64,000 nt of DNA from Candidatus Omnitrophota bacterium (lineage in GTDB: Bacteria; Omnitrophota; Omnitrophia; Omnitrophales; Aquincolibacteriaceae). The stretch lies in the NCBI GenBank assembly GCA_035352955.1, contig DAOPYQ010000003.1:140901-204900 (forward strand), written 5' to 3'. Position 1 is the first letter of the stretch. Every line of letters starts with the position of its first letter. The notes beneath the pieces are model-generated. The model saw nothing but the letters and a program-made list of their open reading frames with translations. It made no database searches and had not been told where the DNA came from. The translations under genes and the position numbers were made by a program. This document shows positions 47,217 through 56,200 of this stretch, in pieces.

Positions 47217-48342
47217 CGCAACCCCCCGGATATCGAAAGTCGGATGAGGGATAAAGTTTTTTGAAGACCTTCGTCATCCTACATCCTCCATCCTTCATCC
47301 TACTTGAGATTATCATATGTGTAAGAATATAGTCGGAAACGTCCGCAAGGGGCACCCCTTCCGGCCACCACACCCACCGGATCCCGCGTTCCCGTTTGAA
47401 CCAGGTCCACTGACGCTTTGCAAAATGGCGCGTGGTCTGTTTGATCTTTTCTTTAACCTCTCCCACGGTAGCCGCCGGCAGAACACCCGGACGACACCCG
47501 GTGCTTGACCTCGCGCCCACGGAATTTAACACCGGGTGTTGCTTGCCCGGGCCTGACGCGTTCCGCTTCAGGAATTCCAGCACTTCCTTATACCCCACTC
47601 CCTGTAACGCTGTCACGGAAAGTTTCTTCTTCGCCAGTCTTTCGACTTCGCGCACCAGTCCCCTGCGGAACATGCGATCCACTCGCTTGTTGATTTTTTG
47701 ATAGAGCGCCGGCCGGTCCCGGTGGATCCCGATCACAACCGGCTGGTAACCCAGCTCAACTAACCCCGGAGTTTTGGCGGACGATTTCGACGGCTTTTTA
47801 CCGGAAACAAGATAGATCTCAAGCGCCCTGATGATCCTCCTCTGATTATCAGGCCCGATGGCTTGGGCACGCTCCGGGTCGGCCTTCAGAAGGCGTTTGT
47901 AGAGTGCCGGAAGCCCCTTCTTTTGGGCCTCCGACTCAAGTTTCCTGCGGATCGCGGGATTGGCCCCCGGCTGAGGTGAAAGCCCCTCCAATAGAGCCCT
48001 GACGTAAAAGCCGGTCCCTCCGGCGACGATCGGAGTCTTCCCGTTCTTGACCACGTCCCGGATAGCTTTCAAGGCAAATTGGCGGAATTTAAAAACAGAA
48101 AAAGACTTCGTGGGCGGGACAAGATCGATCCCGTGGTGCGGCACACCGCGGCGCTCCTTGGCGGAAAGTTTCGCGGTCCCGATATCCATCCCCTGATAGA
48201 CCAGCATCGAATCCGCGGAGATCACTTCCCCGTTCATGCGCTTCGCCAAAGCAACGGCAAGATCCGATTTCCCCGACGCCGTGGGACCGACAATGAACAA
48301 GACCAAAGGCGGTATCAAAGTATCAAAGTGTCTCTGTGTCAA
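47206..48342 (-). CDS. miaA: tRNA dimethylallyltransferase
   Basis: The P-loop is FIVGPTASGKS. The IPP transferase motif is ISADSMLVYQGMDIGTAKLS. The TTG start called by the ORF track lies inside a palindromic repeat, so the true start is probably a few codons downstream. The C-terminal tail is encoded by heptamer repeats and overlaps hflX by 11 nt. Confidence 0.9.
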   Translation of the reverse strand: MTQRHFDTLIPPLVLFIVGPTASGKSDLAVALAKRMNGEVISADSMLVYQGMDIGTAKLSAKERRGVPHHGIDLVPPTKSFSVFKFRQFALKAIRDVVKNGKTPIVAGGTGFYVRALLEGLSPQPGANPAIRRKLESEAQKKGLPALYKRLLKADPERAQAIGPDNQRRIIRALEIYLVSGKKPSKSSAKTPGLVELGYQPVVIGIHRDRPALYQKINKRVDRMFRRGLVREVERLAKKKLSVTALQGVGYKEVLEFLKRNASGPGKQHPVLNSVGARSSTGCRPGVLPAATVGEVKEKIKQTTRHFAKRQWTWFKRERGIRWVWWPEGVPLADVSDYILTHMIISSRMKDGGCRMTKVFKKLYPSSDFRYPGGCDGR

Positions 48343-48350
48343 AGCTTTGA
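48311..48350. repeat. left arm of IVS-like palindromic element (GTATCA/GTGTCA units) flanking four-helix-bundle gene
   Basis: GGTATCAAAGTATCAAAGTGTCTCTGTGTCAAAGCTTTGA. It contains the perfect 12-nt palindrome TCAAAGCTTTGA. It shares the 15-mer GTATCAAAGTATCAA with the element at 50874-50944. Confidence 0.6.
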
Positions 48351-48731
48351 ACGAACCCCGCGAATGAATGCCATTAGGAGCAGGCCCAACTCACGCCGAC
48401 TTCTCTCAAGGATCTCATAATCAGCATCGCTTAAGTACGTCAGATCCCTCGAAAACTCGAGCAAATACTCCGACTCCACCAAGGATCGGTTGGCAATATT
48501 AAGGAAGTTCAAAAAATCCTTTTTGCTGACGCTCGCCTGTCCCTCAACAATATTCAAAGCAACAGAAAGTGCCGCACGCCGAAGCTGCGAAGTAATCCCA
48601 TATAACTCTTCGCGGGGAAACTCCTTTGTGAACCTGTAAACCGCCAGCGCATACTCATTCCCTTTTTCCCAAACCCTGAGTTTCTTATAGCCTTTTCCAC
48701 TCACCGGATTTCCTCTGACACCGAAAGACAT
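48339..48731 (-). CDS. four-helix-bundle protein (23S rRNA intervening-sequence protein family, TIGR02436-like)
   Basis: MSFGVRGNPVSGKGYKKLRVWEKGNEYALAVYRFTKEFPREELYGITSQLRRAALSVALNIVEG...SLVESEYLL matches the family signature (L.VW.KA..L...IY..T..FP..E.YGL.SQ.RRAA.S...NI.EG). The 28-aa extension in the ORF track reads through a repeat and is discarded. Confidence 0.85.
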   Translation of the reverse strand: MSFGVRGNPVSGKGYKKLRVWEKGNEYALAVYRFTKEFPREELYGITSQLRRAALSVALNIVEGQASVSKKDFLNFLNIANRSLVESEYLLEFSRDLTYLSDADYEILERSRRELGLLLMAFIRGVRSKL

Positions 48732-48746
48732 TGATACCCTGACACG
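48714..48746. repeat. right arm of IVS-like palindromic element flanking four-helix-bundle gene
   Basis: TCTGACACCGAAAGACATTGATACCCTGACACG. Its reverse complement carries GGTATCAA...GTGTCAG in the same order as the left arm at 48311-48350, giving an imperfect inverted repeat about 400 nt apart. Confidence 0.55.
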
Positions 48747-48747
48747 T

Positions 48748-50409
48748 TTACATACTTTCCGGCTGGGAGATGCCGAGAAGCGCGAGACCGTTGCGGAGAA
48801 CGATCCGTGTCGCATCGGCCAAAAGAAGACGCGCTTTCGTCAACTCCGGATCCTCGGACACGATGCGGTGACAGCTGTAGAACTTATGAAAACTCGCGGC
48901 AACCTGACGGAGATAATCGGAAAGACGATACGGCTCGAGCGCCCGGCTCGCCTGGATCAGAAAATCCGGGAATTGCGCGAGGCACCCGATCAGCTCCGCC
49001 TCTTCCGGTGCGGCAAGCAAGTCGAGTTTCACATGGGTCGTGATACTTTTCCCCGAAAACTTCAGCAAACTCGCGATCCTGGCATGGGCGTACTGGAGAT
49101 AAAAAACCGGATTCTCCTGGGACTGTTCTTTCGCAAGGTCCAGATCGAAATCGAGGTGGCTTTCCTGCCGCCGCATGACAAAAAAGAAGCGTGTCGCATC
49201 GACGCCGACCTCCTGATAAAGTTCACGCAGCGTGACAAATTCCCCGGCGCGCGTCGACATCCGAACCGGCTGACCTTTCCGGAAAAGCGTCGTGAGCTGG
49301 ACGATCCCGATATGGATGGCCTCCGGCGGATAACCGAGCGCCTGACACGCGGCTTTGAGGCGCGGGATATAACCGTGGTGGTCCGGACCCCAGAGGTTCA
49401 CGATCATGTTGTGGCCGCGTTCATATTTGGAGAGATGGTAAGCGATATCCGGCGCGAGGTAGGTGTATTCCCCCGTCGATTTGCGGACCACGCGGTCCTT
49501 GTCATCCCCGAAATCCGTGGAGCGGAACCAGAGCGCGCCTTCACTTTCAAAAAGATAGCCGCGCTCCTTCAGGACCTCGAGCGCGTGATCGACCGATTTT
49601 TTGACATAGAGCGTCTTTTCGCTGAAATAATGGTCGAAGTGGACATGCATCTTGGCGAGATCTTCTTCGATCCACGCCATCATGGTCTTGACCGCGTAAT
49701 GGCCGCAATATTCGACCGCCTTTTCTTCCGTTTCCTTTAAAAGAGAATCCTTCTTCTCTTTCTCGATGATCGTGCGGGCAATATCGCGGATGTATTCGCC
49801 CTGGTACCCGTCCTCCGGGAACGGCTTCTCGATCTCCAAGAGTTCGTTGTACCGGACCCACACGCTTTTCGCCAAAAGATTCATCTGGCGGCCGGCGTCA
49901 TTGAGATAATATTCCGGATGGACCGTATGGCCCGTGAACTTCAGGATGCGCGCGAGACAATCCCCCACCGCGGCCTGGCGGCCGTGCGCGATCGTGAGCG
50001 GCCCCGTCGGGTTCGCGCTCACAAATTCCAGGATAACTTTCTTTCCCTTGCCGAAAGCGGAACGGCCATAGTCCTCGTTCTTTTCATGGATCTCCACGAG
50101 GAGCGCTCCAAGATCTTCTTTTTTGAGAAAAAAATTGAGGAATGCGCCGCCGGCAAGCTCGATCTTTTCGACGGGCGACTTTTCGCCGGTCTTCGCGACG
50201 AGCATGGGAAGGAGGACGTTTGCGATATCCGCGGGTTTCTGGCGGGTCACTTTGGCGAGGCGGAAAGCGACATTGCACGCCAGGTCTCCGCGACCGGATT
50301 CTTTGGGCGGATGGAGATCATAACCGAAATCGGCCGGCTTGCTTACCCCCTGCCCGGCGCAATAGGCATCCACCACAGAATTGATAAGGTCTTCGATTTT
50401 TATTTTCAT
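48748..50409 (-). CDS. argS: arginine--tRNA ligase
   Basis: The N-terminal anticodon-binding domain is followed by the class I HIGH region (SANPTGPLTIAHGR) and C-terminal DALR. The true start is MKIKIEDLIN at 50409. The 24-aa extension in the ORF track reads through a GGATGAC repeat. Confidence 0.93.
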   Translation of the reverse strand: MKIKIEDLINSVVDAYCAGQGVSKPADFGYDLHPPKESGRGDLACNVAFRLAKVTRQKPADIANVLLPMLVAKTGEKSPVEKIELAGGAFLNFFLKKEDLGALLVEIHEKNEDYGRSAFGKGKKVILEFVSANPTGPLTIAHGRQAAVGDCLARILKFTGHTVHPEYYLNDAGRQMNLLAKSVWVRYNELLEIEKPFPEDGYQGEYIRDIARTIIEKEKKDSLLKETEEKAVEYCGHYAVKTMMAWIEEDLAKMHVHFDHYFSEKTLYVKKSVDHALEVLKERGYLFESEGALWFRSTDFGDDKDRVVRKSTGEYTYLAPDIAYHLSKYERGHNMIVNLWGPDHHGYIPRLKAACQALGYPPEAIHIGIVQLTTLFRKGQPVRMSTRAGEFVTLRELYQEVGVDATRFFFVMRRQESHLDFDLDLAKEQSQENPVFYLQYAHARIASLLKFSGKSITTHVKLDLLAAPEEAELIGCLAQFPDFLIQASRALEPYRLSDYLRQVAASFHKFYSCHRIVSEDPELTKARLLLADATRIVLRNGLALLGISQPESM

Positions 50410-50488
50410 AAAACCGGATGACGGATGACGGAAAACGAATAGCGAAAGACTAAACGACCTCCGCCATCCTCTATCCGACAACCTGTCT

Positions 50489-50830
50489 TTAGATCTTTTT
50501 TGCTTCTCCCCACAGCCGCTCGAGGCCGTAGAATTCGCGGGTTTCCTTGTAGAAAATGTGCGCGACGACCGGCCCGAAGTCCAGGAGCACCCACTTCCCT
50601 TCCTGGAGCCCCTCGACGTGAAGGGCCGCCATCTTGAGCTTTTTCATCTCGTCCATGATGTGGCTCGCGAGGGCTTTGACGTGACGGTCGCTGTTCCCGT
50701 GGGCAATGATAAAATAATGGGAAAAACTGGAAAGCTTGGAGATATCCAGGACAAGAATTTCTTCCGCTTTCTTGTCTTCCGCAAAGGTACGTATCAATTC
50801 AGCTATTTTTTTGGGTTGCAAGGGACTCAC
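50489..50830 (-). CDS. rsfS: ribosome silencing factor RsfS (Iojap)
   Basis: EEILVLDISKLSSFSHYFIIAHGNSDRHVKALASHI...WVLLDFGPVVAHIF is the conserved RsfS core. Length is 113 aa. Confidence 0.9.
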   Translation of the reverse strand: MSPLQPKKIAELIRTFAEDKKAEEILVLDISKLSSFSHYFIIAHGNSDRHVKALASHIMDEMKKLKMAALHVEGLQEGKWVLLDFGPVVAHIFYKETREFYGLERLWGEAKKI

Positions 50831-50873
50831 CTTTCCTTAAAAAGTTGCGGAATTATAGCATAAAAAAATACAA

Positions 50874-50944
50874 GTGTCAGAGTATCAAAGTATCAACGTG
50901 CTGCTTTGCATTTTTGATACTCTGATACTTTGACACCCTGACAC
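50874..50944. repeat. cargo-less IVS-like palindromic element (23-bp stem with 2 mismatches, 17-nt loop)
   Basis: GTGTCAGAGTATCAAAGTATCAA-cgtgctgctttgcattt-TTGATACTCTGATACTTTGACAC(CCTGACAC). It lies between the rsfS start and the ogt stop. The last ~18 codons of ogt are encoded inside it. Confidence 0.65.
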
Positions 50945-51400
50945 TTTTGCACAGTTTTTTTCGTTCGCCAACAGCAAGCATTTCCATTGCTTCCCGGCCG
51001 AATAGTCTCCCAGACCACCTGCTGCCGGAACCACGCGATGGCACGGGATAACCACCGGCAACCGGTTCTTCCTCATGGCGCTCCCGACCGCGCGTGCGGC
51101 GCCGGGATATCCCGCCCTCCTCGCAAGCTCCCCGTAGGTCACAACGCTTCCGGCAGGCACCCTTTGAAGCGTGCGGTAAACCTTCTTCTCGAAAAGCGTG
51201 CGACCGGTGAGATCGTATTTCATCCCCTTCGCCGCGGCAAGAACCCTTCCGAGAAATGGACCCGGCCTTAAGGAAAGTGGCTGACGCGGGAAGCGGACGA
51301 CACAAAGCCCCTTCGCGCTCATCTCAAGGAGAAAAGTTCCCGCACGGGTTTTTACAGAAAGCGTTTTAAGACCTTTTTTCGTAGGGCGTTGCACGTTCAC
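50885..51400 (-). CDS. ogt: methylated-DNA--protein-cysteine methyltransferase
   Basis: The active site is VIPCHRVV. The DNA-binding helix is YGELARRAGYPGAARAVGSA. The C-terminal tail (CAKVSGCQSIRVSK...) is encoded by the palindromic element. Confidence 0.85.
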   Translation of the reverse strand: MNVQRPTKKGLKTLSVKTRAGTFLLEMSAKGLCVVRFPRQPLSLRPGPFLGRVLAAAKGMKYDLTGRTLFEKKVYRTLQRVPAGSVVTYGELARRAGYPGAARAVGSAMRKNRLPVVIPCHRVVPAAGGLGDYSAGKQWKCLLLANEKNCAKVSGCQSIRVSKMQSSTLIL

Positions 51401-51413
51401 CGCTGCCAGGATC

Positions 51414-53063
51414 TTAGCCCTGAAACCTGTTGGTGATCGGCATGCGTCGGCCGAACCAGGCCTTTTCGGTCACGCGAAGGATGGGAGGCGTCTGGCGACG
51501 TTTATACTCATTGTGGTCGACCTTGCGGAGAGTGTCATTCACGATCTCCGGCGAAGTCTTGTTCGCGAGTTTCCGGACGATCGCCCCGCCGCTCAAGTTC
51601 TTTTCGATATAAAGCCGAAGGATCGCATCAAGCGTCTCATACGGCGGAAGAGAATCCTGGTCCTTCTGGCCGGGCCGGAGCTCCGCGGACGGCGCCTTGG
51701 TCAATGTCGCTTCCGGGATCACAGGACCGATCGAATTCCGGTACTGCGCGAGACGGTAGACATCAGTCTTGTACACATCTCCGATCACCGCAAGCCCGCC
51801 CGCCATGTCCCCGTAGAGCGTGCAATACCCCATGGCAAGTTCGGATTTGTTGCCGGTCGTCAGGACAAGCCGCCCTTCATCGTTCGAAAGGAACATGAGT
51901 TCCATGCCACGAAGCCTCGCCTGAAGATTTTCCATCGCAACCGTGGGACGCTCTTTTGCCGCGATCCCGGACGTTTTGAGCCAGGTCTGATACTTCTCGC
52001 GGATCGGGCGGACTTCGAATGGGATCTCGAGCGCCTTGGCCAAAGACTCGGAATCTTTCCAGCTTCCTTCGGAAGAATAAGGACCGGGCATGGTGACACC
52101 CTTGACCGCCTCGGGTCCGAGCGCATCCACGGCGATGCAGGCCACCAGCGCGGAATCAATGCCCCCGCTCAACCCCACGAGCGCTTTTTTAAAACCGTTC
52201 TTCCGGAAATAGTCCCGGACCCCCATCACCAGCGCCCGGTACATCTCCTCCACACCCGCCGCAAGACCCGGTCTTACTTTTTCCGCAAGACACGGTCTTA
52301 TTTGGGTGAAAAACAAGCCTTCCTCAAACGCAGGCGCACGAAAAGAAACGCGACCGCGCGCATCGGTCATAAAACTCCGACCGTCAAAAAGCAGGTCGTC
52401 CTGCCCTCCCACCTGATTAACGTAGAGAATGGAAAAACCGTAATCCCGCACATGCCCTTTTACGAGCGCCTCGCGCGTCCGGGCAACGTCTCCGTAATAA
52501 GGGGACGCAGAAAGGTTAAGAACCAGGTCCGCCTTTTTCTTTTTGAGCTCCGCAAGCGGCTTCACGTCGTACCGGGCATCCCAAATGTCCTCACAGATCG
52601 TCAGACCGACTTTCATTCCCTTCCACGGAACGACCACGGTCCCGGATCCCGCCTGGAAAAAGATCTCCTCAAGAAATACGTCATAAGTGGGAAGCAACTG
52701 TTTGTGATAGACCGCGCGGACCTTGCCCCCTTCGAGCCAAGCCGCCGCGTTATAAGAATTTGAAATTTGAGATTTTAAATCAGAAACAGCCCGATCAATA
52801 AAACCGAGGACAACGGCGACACGCTTGCCTTTCGTCGCGAGGGCAATGCGCTTGAGTTCCTTGAGCCCCGCATCGACAAACGCCTTCTGATTGGCCAGGT
52901 CCCACACCGGATAGCCGCAAAGCGCGCCTTCCGGGAACACGAGAAGGTCGGCTTCTTGCTGCTCGGCCTTATCGATCCAGGCAAGGATCTTCGCCGCGTT
53001 ACCGGCATAGTCTCCTACCGTGGGGTTAAGTTGTCCCATAGCGATTTTGAGAGGGATTTTCAT
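51414..53063 (-). CDS. nadE: glutamine-dependent NAD+ synthetase
   Basis: The N-terminal CN-hydrolase domain is ADLLVFPEGALCGYP. The C-terminal NAD synthetase PP-loop is LVGLSGGIDSALVA. Length is 549 aa. Confidence 0.95.
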   Translation of the reverse strand: MKIPLKIAMGQLNPTVGDYAGNAAKILAWIDKAEQQEADLLVFPEGALCGYPVWDLANQKAFVDAGLKELKRIALATKGKRVAVVLGFIDRAVSDLKSQISNSYNAAAWLEGGKVRAVYHKQLLPTYDVFLEEIFFQAGSGTVVVPWKGMKVGLTICEDIWDARYDVKPLAELKKKKADLVLNLSASPYYGDVARTREALVKGHVRDYGFSILYVNQVGGQDDLLFDGRSFMTDARGRVSFRAPAFEEGLFFTQIRPCLAEKVRPGLAAGVEEMYRALVMGVRDYFRKNGFKKALVGLSGGIDSALVACIAVDALGPEAVKGVTMPGPYSSEGSWKDSESLAKALEIPFEVRPIREKYQTWLKTSGIAAKERPTVAMENLQARLRGMELMFLSNDEGRLVLTTGNKSELAMGYCTLYGDMAGGLAVIGDVYKTDVYRLAQYRNSIGPVIPEATLTKAPSAELRPGQKDQDSLPPYETLDAILRLYIEKNLSGGAIVRKLANKTSPEIVNDTLRKVDHNEYKRRQTPPILRVTEKAWFGRRMPITNRFQG

Positions 53064-53104
53064 GGGGAGAAGTATATCACAAGGACTCTAGACAGCCAAA
53101 GGGG

Positions 53105-53135
53105 ACAGGCAGTCGATGAATGCCCGTCCCCTCTG
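53105..53135 (-). terminator. possible terminator hairpin downstream of giant gene 2
   Basis: GGGGACAGGC-agtcgatgaat-GCCCGTCCCC is a 10-bp stem with 1 mismatch. On the minus-strand transcript it is followed by a weak TTTGGCTGTCT. It lies about 75 nt past the stop. Confidence 0.3.
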
Positions 53136-53208
53136 TGGGAAACTTACTACGCCGAGGCACCTGCGCTCAATGCGCAAGTACCTCGACGTGCAATCCTTAG
53201 GAAAATCA

Positions 53209-56200
53209 CTATGCCGAGGCCGCGGTACGGCGCGCACCCGCGAGACTGGCGGTAAATTCCGTCAAAAGCGCGGTCACGCCCAATTCGTCCATAGACGCAA
53301 AATCGAGTTTGTGCAATTCAATAAAGTTATCGTCCAGCAGCTTGACAGCCGAACCGACCACGCAAGCCGTTTGCCCAAGGGCACCCGCCCCCGCCTTGAC
53401 GCGAAGAACACCGCTTTTCTTGCCCGCACGGATCCGACTGACCTCCGAAAGCTCCGGCACATTCCCGTCCGTGACAAAGGCCATCGGCACAACCTTCTGG
53501 TCGCGGACCCTGTTGAACCAGCCCAGGAGATCCGCCGCGTTTCTGAAATGCACGACCTTGAGGTTTTTATCCAGAACGTCCGTCGCACCGGCCGCAGCCA
53601 ACGCCAGCTTAAAGTTCAGCACGTCCGTATCCCGGACACCGACAAAGACCAGGTAGCCCGTCACCTTCGGGTCATGGCGAAATAGCGGCACCTCCGGCAA
53701 GATGTCCCTGACATCCGGAATTTTTGTCCGCTGGTCAATGACAACACGCTCGACGGAACTCGCCCAAGAACGGTCGATCAAGCGGACCGTCTCCGGCCGT
53801 GTCTTCCGGAGAGCTTCCGGCACCGGAAGGACCTCGCGGTAGTGAACCGTCCCGGCAAAAAGCTCCGGCAAGATCCTGAACCGATAGTCCGGAGAAGCGT
53901 AAAGCGTCGGAGACACCACACTCCCCGCCACCCCCCATGCCACCCGGATCTTCGTACTGAGACTGCTAAGGTCAGGCATCGCGATCTGCGGGATCACAAG
54001 CTTCTCGTTATCCATCCACAACTCGGCACGAAGTTTATTTTCCGTGCGTTGCGTTTTATTTCTCTTCAGAAGCGTAAGGATCGCTTCCCTGGTTTTTTCC
54101 ATACTGGCTATTTCACGAGCAAGCTTTACATAAGCATCATTCTTCGAAGCCAAGCTATGGGCGAGCACAGTTTCATATTCCCCGGTCCCATAAACACGTC
54201 CTCGATCACCGGGTCCTCCCGACACCACGATTCCGGAGCGTCGAGGCGGAATCCGCATGAGTTCTTCTTTTTTGACCTGAAGCTCAACACGCAGAACCTC
54301 GGAAAGCGTTTGCAACGATGAAAATGAGGAAGGATCGTTCAGCGCCTTCTGGAATTGCTGTTCCGGTACCGACCGCAATTCCATCCGGCCAAAGGGACCC
54401 TGGATATCGGCGCCCATATCTTCATTGACCTGGGCTGCATCATCGTCCGAACCGGACGAAGCGACAGCTTCCCTCGCGGCGCGTTCCGCCTCTTCACTCG
54501 CCACCATGGAACGATACGCCTTCACCGCAGCCACCGAAGCGGCCGTGTGGTACTTCTCCAATGCGGTTACAACCAGATCACTGATGGACCGGTCCTTCAA
54601 AGCTACGAGCAATGCGGGAAGGGCTTGGGTTGCGGCATGCCTTGAAAACATCGTGGCAGCCTTCCGGCGTCGCTCAAGGGACGCATCGGTCAGCCAAGGG
54701 ATCAGCCGCCCGACGATCTCGGTATCCCCGATCTCCCAAAGGGCCTCCGCGATCGCAAGCCACACATCGCCGGCCTTTTCGCTATCCAGAGCGCTATGCA
54801 ATGCGGACCCCACCGAGGGATCTGCGGAACCCATCGAGGGATCTTTTGTCATCGCCAACGCCGCGGCCGCAGCCTTCCGGCCCCGGTCATTCTCATTCCC
54901 CAATGCCGAGAAAAGTCCGGAAAACTCCTTTTTACTCCACAATATTCCGACCGCGATCTCCCGGGCCAAGCGATCGTTATCATTCAGAGCCGCAAGCACC
55001 AGAACAGGAATAACCTTGGGGTCATTGATTGCGCCGAGCGCTTTAAGCGCTTCGTAACGGATAGAAACCCGGCGATCCGTCGAAGCCCGGGCCAACACAT
55101 CCACCGCGCGCGGATCTCCGATCTCGCCAAGTTTTTTTGCCGCAGCGGTCCTGCGATCCTCACCGTAATGGTTGAACCAGCCGTCATAAAACTTCGGCTC
55201 CACATCGTTCATCGCTCTCCGGAGCTGATCTTCCTGAGCCCTTGCCGGCCGGAGTGGCGCACGGGACCCTGCATCCTTAGGAGCCTCCGCCGCACTTTCC
55301 TGCGGCATCGGACGGGAACCTTCCAGCGTGACCGTCAATTCGCCCGCTTTGCCCGCGGAAATAAGCGCGCCGTCAAAAGGTCCGCCACCACGCCCGTCGC
55401 CCACCGACTCATAAGTGGGATAAACTTGCGGGACCTCGACATAACTGACCTGAACCTGTTCTCCCCGGATCAAACAAGACCGGAGCGTATTGATCTCCGC
55501 ACCGTTCAAAACATTGTAGTTGCCCTTCGAGTCATTGATCCATTCGAAGTACCGTTGCATCTCCGTCAGCCGCGGGTCCCGAAGCCTCAACAATTCACCG
55601 GCCGCCTGGATCCTTACCAAAGAATCCGTATCGCCGAGGATCCCCACGAGAGCCAGAGACGCCTTTGTCCCGAGAGCTTTGACCACGGCGATTCTCACCT
55701 CGGACGATGGGTCCTTCAAGGCCTTCGTCAACCTCATGATCGCATACGTATCCTCCATCGCGACAAATTGAGCAAGGTCCTGCGCCGCAGAAACTCTGCG
55801 TTTGATGCCATTTTTTACAAAGATACGGTCCCAAACCTGCGGCTCCAGAGAATCCACAAGGGCTTCATAAGCCTCACGCGCCTCACGGTCACGCACGTCA
55901 TCGGGAAGACGGTTGTCATCCTGATCGATATACCTTCCCCTCAATTCCGCTCGGGAAGACTCATCGCCATCCGCACCGTTAAGGTTTGCTTCGCTTGCTC
56001 GCTCGCGCTCAGCATCGGCATATTGTTGGATTTCATCCATAACCTTATAACCTTGGCGCCGAACAGGCTGTGCGAAACGGGCCATTAAAGCTCTTGAACC
56101 CGGCCGATCAATGGTCCATACACGGAAAGTCCTAGATACTTCAAACCCCCCCTCTCTTTTAGACATGTCCTGTGCTTTATCAACCAACGCCAAGGCTTCC

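Noticed and set aside
50410-50481. 24-aa N-terminal extension of argS in the ORF track (MSDRGWRRSFSLSLFVFRHPSSGF)
   Set aside because: It is the translation of the GGATGAC repeat and upstream leader. The conserved ArgRS N-terminus begins at MKIKIEDLIN (50409).
54796-56088. 430-aa plus-strand ORF inside giant gene 2. The same applies to 58915-60033, 60904-61854 and 53116-53685
   Set aside because: Antisense shadow ORFs of the 10.5-kb minus-strand gene.
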